Notes under the pieces: generated by a model
The model's database searches: none
What the model saw: the letters and a program-made list of their open reading frames with translations, nothing else
Told to the model about the DNA's origin: nothing
Shown here: piece by piece, positions 24,492 through 32,000 of the stretch
Layout: the number at the start of each line of letters is the position of its first letter
Numbering within the stretch: position 1 is the first letter of the stretch
Translations under genes and position numbers: made by a program
Assembly (NCBI GenBank): GCA_021650915.1
Contig: CP091279.1
Span: 1,620,001 to 1,652,000 of the forward strand
DNA from: Candidatus Brocadia sp.
Lineage (GTDB): Bacteria; Planctomycetota; Brocadiia; Brocadiales; Brocadiaceae
DNA: 32,000 bases
Reading direction: 5' to 3'

Positions 24492-27400
24492 TTACTCCTT
24501 TAAAAACCGTGCTATTTGCTGGAACAGAGAAATTGATCCCATACCTCCTAATGGCGTTAAAATGGCCATTAGGATTGGATTCTGGAAAGAAATGGGCGGA
24601 GAAAATGCCCCGTTTTTTAGTTTCTGAATTTCATTCATAACATGCTCGATAGACCTTGACCGTTGTTCTATAAGTTTTGATTTCTTAACATCAAATGCAT
24701 CGACTTCTTCGGGCAATTGGGTATTGAGCAATTTCAGTTGTTCTTCACGCAACTGAGTTATTGTTTGCTGGCGGGCTTTTTTTGTTACATGAAAGAGGAT
24801 GATCGTACAAGTCAATGCAATCAGTGTCGTTAATCCAATAACAATTGCTAAAGGTACGGTCCATGTCCAATTGTCAAAATATTTGTGACGGGACACAAGG
24901 AGTAAAAACAAAATCAAAAATGGATACTTTATCATTTCTCCAACCACCTTCGTTCTTTTCCAAATGATATTCATTTTGAACCAGTATCCCCATGTATCAT
25001 GCATCATCTGATTATCATATTTATGCAGGCATGTATCGTAGAGATATTTGCACTTTTTATTATTTTTTTTACACATATCATTTTCTAAGGAGCAGTGGAT
25101 ATTCATAACCTTTGACCAATTTACTTTTTCATTTAGGTCGATTATCCGGTTGATAAACTTTATGCAGAGCCCGGTGGTATAAATCACAAACATGATGAGA
25201 ACTAACATAAATAAAAGGCTTGAAATGAGGATACATTTATCCACAATAAAACTAATTCCGCCACGATAAGGAATAGATGGTTTACCGCATGTAAGAATGA
25301 ATACATAGCCCATCCCTAAATACATTGCCGCCCCACCTATGCTGAATATCCATTTCTTTTTGGATATTTCACTTGCTTGAAATCTGTTCCAGACCTCAAG
25401 AATGTTAGAGATTGTATCGCCTTTTCTCTTTGACATATCTGTGCCATTTTCGGGTTTTTGTAAAGACTGGGTTATTTCCTTATTGTTACACACGATACCC
25501 TGTATAGAAAAAAGCAGAAAATAGAGCGCAAGAAATCCACCGAACAGGCGAAGCAGTTCAGTTGGCCAGATACTAATACCATCAAAAAACGTTATCGGTT
25601 CACCCTCCCCACTCAACGACGACTTGAATGCATAAACGGTTAAGGCTATAAAAGACGTTATGCAAGAAATTAAAAAACCCATCCAATACTTCTTCCAAGG
25701 GTCATCTATTCCAGCCTTTTTAACTTTTTGTAGATTGTAATAAACCAAACCGCTGAATACGCTCGTCGGAAGAAATAACATGAAAAAAAGATAAAACAAC
25801 CAATCTTTAAGTGGCTTGCCTTTCCAACAGTCATTGCGATTAGGATGCAACAGCTTTGTTCCGGAGGAGTTTGATTTACCTTTTGCAACAGGAGTCAAAT
25901 CGTATGCCCCTCGATGTCCGATTTCAAAAATACGGGGTTGGTTCCTGTTTCCATTGAAATCAAATTCGTCTTCGGCTATGATTCCTAAAGCTTGGAGTGC
26001 AGCAAAGAACAAAGAGGTTTGGTAGGTAGAACGGAATGGCGGTGTTGCCCATTGATATTGAGGATGCAATTGAAGTCCATAACTGGATGCCACAACAAGG
26101 TTCCTCGTCCAGGGAAGTTCGGTATGATGATAAAGTCGGGCATCCAGGTCAGTGGTAAAAAAGATAGCATTGGGGAATTGATCATGCAGTGCCCTTAAGA
26201 TAAGTAATTTGTCATATATGTCGTTACCAAGAACACCAATTGCACATACATTGTATTTGGAATATTCTTGTTGTATCCTCTCGGTCAGGCGGCGTATGTA
26301 ATCAAATTGATCCTGACCCAAGGGTTGTTCAAATGCCGGAGTGAAATAGCTAGCATCAGAATTTTTCTTCATTTTTTGTGCACTATCAGTTGACGTCCTG
26401 GGAGGTGAATTGGAATCATCGGCTGCATTAGATATCATACCGTCAATGCCACGCATGTAACTGAAGATGTGTATCTTTTCAAGCAATGCAATATTGTTCC
26501 CTGTGTTGGACGTTTGGTTGTGTTTTCCACCATATTTCTCCAAGAAAGATATAATGAAAGATACCGGTAATGTCCGTCCGTAAAATGTATCCCAATCGCT
26601 GATGAGAACGATATCTCCAGAGGTTTTACTTCCGATATTTCTGTCACGCCGCCCCAGTTCTTCTACTAATTCACGGGTCAACTGTTGATCAGGATGAATT
26701 GATCGTTGTAAAGAAACCTTCGTTTCTCTCAGAATAGCATCAAAAAGGTCTGTATCCTTTAGAAAAGGCTGCACCTCATAATACATTTTGATTAGCACAG
26801 GAATGGATATCGGTTTTTTTGCCATCATCAAAAGCGGATCCGCCGTCGCCCAGGGTGAGTATATCTTAAATTCCACATGATCAGGTACTGGTCTTTGTCG
26901 TTCGTTTTTTAAATTATTTTTAGCCATTTCATAGGCGGATTTTGCATCTTCGAATTCCTTTTGTGACTGGGTTATTTGTTTTTTCTTAGAGACATTCTTT
27001 TCAATATCATCTAAAACTTCTTTTGATTTAAAATATTTGCACATCTTTCTGAGAAATTCCTTTACAGAACTGTCGTCTGGAATTGCCTTTGAAATAATTT
27101 CTTCAAGGACGGTAGAATTGGTGGGGCCAAGAACTTCAATAGTTTGTCTGCGCTGACTTTCCTGTCGTGGAGATTTAAATTCGTCAATGCAATCCTGAAC
27201 ATGCCGAAATAAACTCCTTAATTCTTCGATCCACTTATCTGAAAAATACTCTTCGCCCAACCAGAGCACAAGTATTGCATCATATTCCTTTTTCATCTGC
27301 GGTGACCACAGATATGGATTTGTTGGAAATAGATCCGGCAGAAACCATTCATAAGGTATGGTACGAATCAGACCACAGATCTCTCTTTCAAAATACCCGA

Positions 27401-27812
27401 TGTGCTCAGCATCCTTAGGCCTGTAGCCAGCAACATGAAGTGCGGAAAGAACGGCATATCGGCTTCGCAATCGGACTTCAAGATTTTCTGTGTAAAGTTC
27501 TGCAGTTGTCATAACTGGTAAGATTAATATATTTTTAATCTCAAGATCTAACTCTGGTGTAAAATCTTTGGGGCCTTTACCCTGGTTTTTTGTATACCTC
27601 AGGTAATTTTCAACCGCCTGAAAGGGGTCTTGCCACATACGCGCCAACACGTTCTCTTCACCCAATGTAGACGCAGCCTTTTTCTCGCCAGGCGATGGAC
27701 GAAAGGTAAGTAAAGGAGCATAGAACTTGACGATTCCGCCTGCAATGATGGCAACAATTAGCAGGAGAACAGGAACTGTATACGAAGATTTTTCTTCAGG
27801 TTGGTCAGCCAT
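24492..27812 (-). CDS. Large uncharacterised membrane protein, 1106 aa: N-terminal TM anchor, ~640-aa soluble region, 7-8 TM C-terminal module, and a coiled coil
   Basis: It is a single uninterrupted ORF. Hydrophobic spans fall at about aa 13-30, 671-691, 709-729, 752-775, 821-841, 858-884, 962-974, 985-1008 and 1079-1097. A heptad-like segment spans aa 1010-1066. I recognise no catalytic or family motif. It is preceded by a riboswitch plus terminator. Confidence 0.85.
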   Translation of the reverse strand: MADQPEEKSSYTVPVLLLIVAIIAGGIVKFYAPLLTFRPSPGEKKAASTLGEENVLARMWQDPFQAVENYLRYTKNQGKGPKDFTPELDLEIKNILILPVMTTAELYTENLEVRLRSRYAVLSALHVAGYRPKDAEHIGYFEREICGLIRTIPYEWFLPDLFPTNPYLWSPQMKKEYDAILVLWLGEEYFSDKWIEELRSLFRHVQDCIDEFKSPRQESQRRQTIEVLGPTNSTVLEEIISKAIPDDSSVKEFLRKMCKYFKSKEVLDDIEKNVSKKKQITQSQKEFEDAKSAYEMAKNNLKNERQRPVPDHVEFKIYSPWATADPLLMMAKKPISIPVLIKMYYEVQPFLKDTDLFDAILRETKVSLQRSIHPDQQLTRELVEELGRRDRNIGSKTSGDIVLISDWDTFYGRTLPVSFIISFLEKYGGKHNQTSNTGNNIALLEKIHIFSYMRGIDGMISNAADDSNSPPRTSTDSAQKMKKNSDASYFTPAFEQPLGQDQFDYIRRLTERIQQEYSKYNVCAIGVLGNDIYDKLLILRALHDQFPNAIFFTTDLDARLYHHTELPWTRNLVVASSYGLQLHPQYQWATPPFRSTYQTSLFFAALQALGIIAEDEFDFNGNRNQPRIFEIGHRGAYDLTPVAKGKSNSSGTKLLHPNRNDCWKGKPLKDWLFYLFFMLFLPTSVFSGLVYYNLQKVKKAGIDDPWKKYWMGFLISCITSFIALTVYAFKSSLSGEGEPITFFDGISIWPTELLRLFGGFLALYFLLFSIQGIVCNNKEITQSLQKPENGTDMSKRKGDTISNILEVWNRFQASEISKKKWIFSIGGAAMYLGMGYVFILTCGKPSIPYRGGISFIVDKCILISSLLFMLVLIMFVIYTTGLCIKFINRIIDLNEKVNWSKVMNIHCSLENDMCKKNNKKCKYLYDTCLHKYDNQMMHDTWGYWFKMNIIWKRTKVVGEMIKYPFLILFLLLVSRHKYFDNWTWTVPLAIVIGLTTLIALTCTIILFHVTKKARQQTITQLREEQLKLLNTQLPEEVDAFDVKKSKLIEQRSRSIEHVMNEIQKLKNGAFSPPISFQNPILMAILTPLGGMGSISLFQQIARFLKE

Positions 27813-27871
27813 AACGATTTATTTCTGAACTTTCTTAATAATCAAAATAGTGGTTTTACAAATAAGTAAAC

Positions 27872-27924
27872 AAAAAAACCTTACTGCAAAGATATTTTCT
27901 CAAAACATCTTCGGCAGTAAGGCT
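27872..27924 (-). terminator. Intrinsic terminator / expression platform of riboswitch B
   Basis: The minus strand reads CCUUACUGCCGAAGAU-GUUUUGAGAAAAU-AUCUUUGCAGUAAGG (16-bp stem) followed by U7. The stem sequence is shared with the terminator at 1264-1315. Confidence 0.75.
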
Positions 27925-27925
27925 G

Positions 27926-28028
27926 TCTTTATTCCTGGAAGCCGTATTTTCTAAACCACTTCCGTGTAGGCTTAAAGATCCACTACTTTGCGCCCCCTGA
28001 TCACTCAGGGTTTACCCTTATCGTAATG
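27926..28028 (-). promoter_or_regulatory. c-di-GMP-I (GEMM-I)-like riboswitch aptamer, copy B (divergent)
   Basis: The minus strand reads UACGAUAAGGGUAAACC-CUGA-GUGA-UCAG-GGGGCGCAAAGU. Over this 44-nt 5' half it differs from copy A at 3 positions (the first base plus the two core changes). It is followed by CCU..GGAAG...CUUCC.AGG in the P2 position. The 3' GGUAGGUAGCG motif of copy A is absent. Confidence 0.55.
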
Positions 28029-28177
28029 TTTCCTAAAAAGGTTATTAGCAAAATAGTATCCACTTCACCGCAAAAACAGATATTTTAGCTAATTATTTCA
28101 TACTACTCTTCTTTCAAATAATTTATAAATAAAACAATCCCAGACATAAAGATCCACGAATCGACGAAAAAAGATAA

Positions 28178-28235
28178 AAAAGTGTGTCATGGCACACTTG
28201 TGTGACGTCACATAAGTGTGCCATGACACACTTTT
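28178..28235. repeat. 58-bp near-perfect palindrome made of three tandem GTGTG...CACAC sub-palindromes
   Basis: AAAAGTGTGTCATGGCACACTT-GTGTGACGTCACAT-AAGTGTGCCATGACACACTTTT. The 22-nt outer arms are perfectly complementary, and the centre is TGACGTCA. Confidence 0.95.
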
Positions 28236-28383
28236 AAAAGTAATAGACAATATCTCCCTAAACGGACACCTTCAGTAATGCCATTTCCCTTGACTGTCCC
28301 AGTATTACTGATAAAATGAGTACACTTTTTTGGCATTTATTTTAAATCTCTCTCTATTTAGGTCTTTCCGGGATATAAAACAT

Positions 28384-29814
28384 ATGGAACATTTCGAACA
28401 GGAACGTCTTGATAAACTCCAAAAGCTGCGCGAAAAAGGGGTAGAACCCTATGGAAAACGATACGACAATACACAATCTATACAGTCAATTTTGGATAGC
28501 TTTATCGCAGACCGGGACGATATAAAGATCAGGGCTGCCGGGCGCATCTCAACCATGCGACCTCATGGGAAAACGGCGTTTTTAGACATACGAGACTGGA
28601 CGGGGAAGATACAGGTCTATATAAAACTTGACAAAGTTGGGCCGGAAAAATTTGAGCTGTTTAAATTACTAGATCTGGGCGATATTGTCGGCGTGGAAGG
28701 CGCACTCTTTAAGACCAGGACCGGCGAAATCACTATTTATGCGGATGACTTTACCGTCCTCACAAAATCCCTGCTAACACCGCCGGAGAAGTGGCACGGA
28801 CTGAAAGACGTGGAGTTACGGCACCGGCAGCGGTACGTCGATTTGTTTACCAATACCGAGGTCATGGATACCTTCCTGAAACGGATAAAGATCATGAAAC
28901 ACATACGGAAATTCCTGGACGACCGGGGGTTTGTAGAGGTGGAAACGCCCATGATGCAGTCGATCCCCGGCGGCGCCGTGGCACGGCCTTTCATTACCCA
29001 TCACAATGCCCTCGATATCGATCTCTATCTGAGGATCGCCCCGGAGCTCTATCTCAAGAGACTGCTCGTCGGGGGAATGGAACGGGTCTATGAGATTAAC
29101 CGTAATTTCAGGAATGAAGGCATCTCCACAAAACACAACCCGGAATTTACCATGATGGAGCTCTATCAGGCATACAGTGACTACAACGGCATGATGGAGC
29201 TTACGGAAGGACTGGTGACATCGCTGGTGAAGGAACTGTACGGTGGATATGAGATACCTTTTGGTGAACGGAAGATTGACATGACGCCGCCCTGGCGCCG
29301 GGCAACTTTCTGTGAATTGCTAAAGGAGTGCAGCGGGGTGAGTTTTGAAGACGAGGCTGGATTGATGAGAAAGTCAAAGGAATTGGGACTGGAGACCCAG
29401 GGTGTAGACAGGGACAATATGGCCAACAATATCTTTGAGCATACCGTAGAACCGACGTTGAACAATCCCACCTTTGTGTTAGACTACCCCACCTCAATAT
29501 GTCCCTTAACAAAGGCCTGTGAGTACGACCCGCGTTTTGCCCAGCGGTTTGAGCTGTACATGGCGTCGATGGAAGTTGCCAATTCGTATTCAGAGCTTAA
29601 CGACGCCCCGGAACAAGACAAGCGGTTCCGCGAGCAGTTAGGCACCGAGTCCGATATTACCGGCAAGATAGACGAGGATTTCCTTACCGCTTTGAAATAC
29701 GGTATGCCTCCGGCGGGCGGGCTTGGGATTGGCATTGACAGGCTTATCATGATCCTTACCAACAATGTCTCCATTCGGGAGGTCATCCTCTTCCCGCTCC
29801 TGAAGCCAAAATAA
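28384..29814 (+). CDS. lysS: Lysine--tRNA ligase, class II, 476 aa
   Basis: [24 protein letters not shown] is the typical LysS N-terminus. ..[23 protein letters not shown].. is class II motif 2, and ..[15 protein letters not shown].. is motif 3. The ORF-track start at 28330 is an extension. Confidence 0.95.
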   Translation: MEHFEQERLDKLQKLREKGVEPYGKRYDNTQSIQSILDSFIADRDDIKIRAAGRISTMRPHGKTAFLDIRDWTGKIQVYIKLDKVGPEKFELFKLLDLGDIVGVEGALFKTRTGEITIYADDFTVLTKSLLTPPEKWHGLKDVELRHRQRYVDLFTNTEVMDTFLKRIKIMKHIRKFLDDRGFVEVETPMMQSIPGGAVARPFITHHNALDIDLYLRIAPELYLKRLLVGGMERVYEINRNFRNEGISTKHNPEFTMMELYQAYSDYNGMMELTEGLVTSLVKELYGGYEIPFGERKIDMTPPWRRATFCELLKECSGVSFEDEAGLMRKSKELGLETQGVDRDNMANNIFEHTVEPTLNNPTFVLDYPTSICPLTKACEYDPRFAQRFELYMASMEVANSYSELNDAPEQDKRFREQLGTESDITGKIDEDFLTALKYGMPPAGGLGIGIDRLIMILTNNVSIREVILFPLLKPK

Positions 29815-29835
29815 AGTAAAATAATGCAAAACAAA

Positions 29836-29925
29836 CCACAGGTTGCACAGATTTCACTGATAAAAATTTGAATAACTTTGGGGAATTTACTAATCTAAAA
29901 TCTGTGTAATCTGCGAAATCTGTGG
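29836..29925. repeat. Inverted/direct repeat element built from AAATCTGTG units
   Basis: CCACAGGTTGCACAGATTT (29836-29854) is complementary to AAAATCTGTG (29897-29906) and AAATCTGTGG (29916-29925). It lies between the lysS stop and the next gene. Confidence 0.5.
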
Positions 29926-29936
29926 TTCCATCTTCA

Positions 29937-30860
29937 ATGAAAATGACAAAGATTGACGAGACTCTCTATGTAGCAATCTCTCTGGATATCGACCCGGATG
30001 CCAATAGTGCCGTTGAAGGACGGTATGATGCCCTTTCTTGCCCTACGGAGAACGGCACGGTAACCATCGGGGCATGTAAAAGAGGATTGCAAAAGATCCT
30101 GGAACTTTTTGACATCTATGATATAGACGCTACCCTGTTCTATGAGGCAAGAACCGCACAGATACTCGTTGCAGACGGAATGAATTTGCCAAAGTTGTCT
30201 GAAAGGCATGAAGTGTCCTGTCATTCTTTAGAACACGAGGATTTTTTAGGAACGGTATCCGGCATGCCTATGGAAGAGGAGACCTTAGAGGAGGCGATAA
30301 CAAAGGCACGCAATATCCTGGAAAGGATTTTTGGAAGAGATATCAAGGGATTCCGGGCGCCGTATACCAGGATCAATCAGACTGTGGTGAAGGTCATAGA
30401 ACGGCAGGGCTTTCAGTACGATTCATCTGAAACGATAACACTGGGCGCTGAATGGACGGGGAGTCCGTTTCCCCTGGAAACGTTTGATTCGAATCTTTGG
30501 GAACTGGCGTTGCCTGCCTGTTATGATACAAAGGGCAAGAAGCTGTCTTCGTACCTGTGGGCTATTTTTGAAGGAAGAAGGGGCTCCGGCGATTATCTTG
30601 ATGCAGTTTTGCAGGCACGAGATGTAGCCAAAGGCGGGCTCTTTATCTTTTCGATCCACCCGTGGCATCTGTATACAAATTGTCAGGGAATCCCATTTAC
30701 CGAAGCACAAGTCCGGGAAAATCTGGGAAATTTGGAATCTATCCTTTCCCAATTAAAACGGATGCAGGGGGTTCACATAATCCGACAGGATCATTATCTG
30801 GATCAATGGTTGCAATCATCGGGTGTAAAGAGTACAATAATTCCTGAAAGTTCGGCGTGA
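29937..30860 (+). CDS. Polysaccharide deacetylase (CE4 / NodB-homology) family protein, ~307 aa
   Basis: CE4 motifs appear in order: ..ISLDIDPD (Asp-Asp), ..SCHSLEHED (HxxxH), ..FRAPYTRIN (RxPY). I took the start at ATG 29937, because GTG 29922 lies inside the repeat element. Confidence 0.8.
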   Translation: MKMTKIDETLYVAISLDIDPDANSAVEGRYDALSCPTENGTVTIGACKRGLQKILELFDIYDIDATLFYEARTAQILVADGMNLPKLSERHEVSCHSLEHEDFLGTVSGMPMEEETLEEAITKARNILERIFGRDIKGFRAPYTRINQTVVKVIERQGFQYDSSETITLGAEWTGSPFPLETFDSNLWELALPACYDTKGKKLSSYLWAIFEGRRGSGDYLDAVLQARDVAKGGLFIFSIHPWHLYTNCQGIPFTEAQVRENLGNLESILSQLKRMQGVHIIRQDHYLDQWLQSSGVKSTIIPESSA

Positions 30861-30916
30861 CACTGAGAGCGGTCTCGGCAGCCTGGTTTACATTGTTTGT
30901 GCGGGAGGGAGAAAAG

Positions 30917-31102
30917 ATGGTAAAGAAGATCGGTTACAGCCTTGTTGTTGCTGGGGCATTGTGGTTCGGTACCGGGGTTGTGAACACGGTATTTGTGGGA
31001 TCCGCAATGGCAGAAGAAAAGAAATGCGATAAGTGTGGACATCTGCCGTCGGAGTGTGCAAAAGCAAATTGTCAGTGCGACTGCCAAAAGGGAAAACACT
31101 GA
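30917..31102 (+). CDS. Small secreted Cys-rich peptide, 61 aa precursor
   Basis: GGGAGGGAG lies upstream of ATG 30917. The signal peptide is MVKKIGYSLVVAGALWFGTGVVNTVFVGSAMA|EE. The predicted mature 29-mer EEKKCDKCGHLPSECAKANCQCDCQKGKH has 6 Cys and 2 His. Confidence 0.5.
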   Translation: MVKKIGYSLVVAGALWFGTGVVNTVFVGSAMAEEKKCDKCGHLPSECAKANCQCDCQKGKH

Positions 31103-31210
31103 TTATTCAGGAAAAATTGAATGTTATAGTGAATATCTAAACGAGAGCACAAGTTTTTTATTGCGCTCACTACAGGCGTGTAGGTGCAAGAAACGCAACG
31201 TGGCCAGGAG

Positions 31211-31246
31211 AGAGAGGCAACTCAAACGAGTTGCCTCTCTGTTTTA
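31211..31246 (+). terminator. Intrinsic terminator
   Basis: AGAGAGGCAACTC-AAAC-GAGTTGCCTCTCT is a perfect 13-bp stem followed by GTTTTA. Confidence 0.65.
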
Positions 31247-31277
31247 GGATTTCAATCTTCCTATTATACAAGGAATT

Positions 31278-31907
31278 TCAATGTGAAATCGTAGCGCGGG
31301 GGTTTATTCCCCGCAATTGGCCGTGTGGATACTGCCTTGATTGGAGCGTTACGCTGGGTTTCGTTTTTTTCAACAAGAATAATAGTTTCCTTCCCCTCGC
31401 TTTCATTGCTAGACTACCCTCTTCCGTCAGTTTATCGAGGAGATTTCGTACACCTTCCACATAGCCGTTATCCTGAATGGCAATCTCTGTGAGGGCTTGC
31501 ATTGCGAACGTCTTGACGATCCGGCTTTTATCCAGGAGATACATCTTTAGTAGCGCAATGACCCTTTGACGTTCATTCTTGTTGAGTTTCAGGCGAGGAA
31601 GTATTTGCGCGGTATGCCAGCGTACCTCCTGTTGATTTATCTTTGCAATCGTTTCGATGGATAACCTTTTGTAAGGCCTTAGCCATGCTGGATGTATGCG
31701 TGATATCTTTTCAGCAGCATCGGATGCCCGCATCCTAATACCTGGATTATCTGTAAGGATTGCTGAAATTACATTGTCAAAAAGCCGGGGACGGGATAAC
31801 ACCGGGACAACGACTTCCTCAGCTTTGCCTTTTGTCCGCATGTCGCCTGAATGCAATAGTTGTTCAATCTTATTCATATCTCTTTGTGCATCTACAACGA
31901 AATCCAA
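31278..31907 (-). CDS. HEAT/ARM-like helical repeat protein (possibly DNA alkylation repair AlkD-like), ~200 aa
   Basis: The helical repeat pattern is ..IRMRASDAAEKISRIHPAWLRPY...VRWHTAQILPRLKL...IVKTFAMQALTEIA.. The function call is weak. The C-terminal tail is contributed by a REP-like element. Confidence 0.55.
   Translation of the reverse strand: MDFVVDAQRDMNKIEQLLHSGDMRTKGKAEEVVVPVLSRPRLFDNVISAILTDNPGIRMRASDAAEKISRIHPAWLRPYKRLSIETIAKINQQEVRWHTAQILPRLKLNKNERQRVIALLKMYLLDKSRIVKTFAMQALTEIAIQDNGYVEGVRNLLDKLTEEGSLAMKARGRKLLFLLKKTKPSVTLQSRQYPHGQLRGINPRATISH
31291..31314. repeat. REP-like element GTAG-CGCGGGG-GTTTATT-CCCCGC
   Basis: A GTAG head plus a 6-bp GC stem. It lies inside the last ~12 codons of the minus-strand ORF 31278-31907. 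Confidence 0.55.
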
Positions 31908-32000
31908 CTCTTCTCAGGATCCCCACGGTTATTCCCCTGAATGCCAACGCTTCATGTTATTTAATTTTAAGATGTGACTCTCCTGCTCCTCTTGTTCCTT

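Noticed and set aside
24397-24640. 76-78-aa plus-strand ORFs across the murQ / large-gene junction
   Set aside because: They overlap the ends of two well-supported minus-strand genes and have no RBS or motif.
28737-29834. Multiple 63-116-aa ORFs on both strands within lysS
   Set aside because: They are alternative or antisense frames of a clearly identified class II lysyl-tRNA synthetase gene.
1-32000. Search for tRNA, rRNA, tmRNA, RNase P and CRISPR arrays
   Set aside because: I scanned the intergenic regions by eye and found no T-loop GGTTCGAATCC-type motif, no rRNA-like conserved block and no repeat-spacer array. A tRNAscan-SE/Infernal run would be needed to exclude them formally.

Overview
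This 32-kb window looks like bacterial chromosome; I cannot assign a taxon from the sequence alone. Housekeeping genes (cimA-like, typA, hup, bfr, larC, nadD, murQ, lysS) are interspersed with a dense accessory layer. That layer has two identical copies of an IS4/IS5-superfamily element whose transposase is split at a G7A5 tract. It also has an intact single-ORF IS66-family element with 14-bp inverted repeats and an 8-bp target duplication. There is a RelE/antitoxin pair plus an orphan UPF0175 antitoxin, several GTAG/CTAC-headed REP-like palindromes, and a 973-aa DUF4062-NACHT-FGE NLR-type protein. The most interesting signal is absent from the ORF track: two paralogous c-di-GMP-I (GEMM-I)-like riboswitches on the minus strand, each followed by a strong intrinsic terminator. 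The copy at 1264-1428 is near-canonical but is cut off from whatever it regulated by an IS insertion. The copy at 27872-28028 has changes in core positions and lies about 60 nt upstream of a 1106-aa multi-pass membrane protein that I cannot place in any family. Around that gene lie an HDOD-GGDEF diguanylate cyclase about 1 kb downstream, murQ possibly co-transcribed with it, and a 58-bp triple palindrome upstream of the riboswitch. All RNA and domain calls come from reading motifs by eye and need cmsearch/HMM confirmation.
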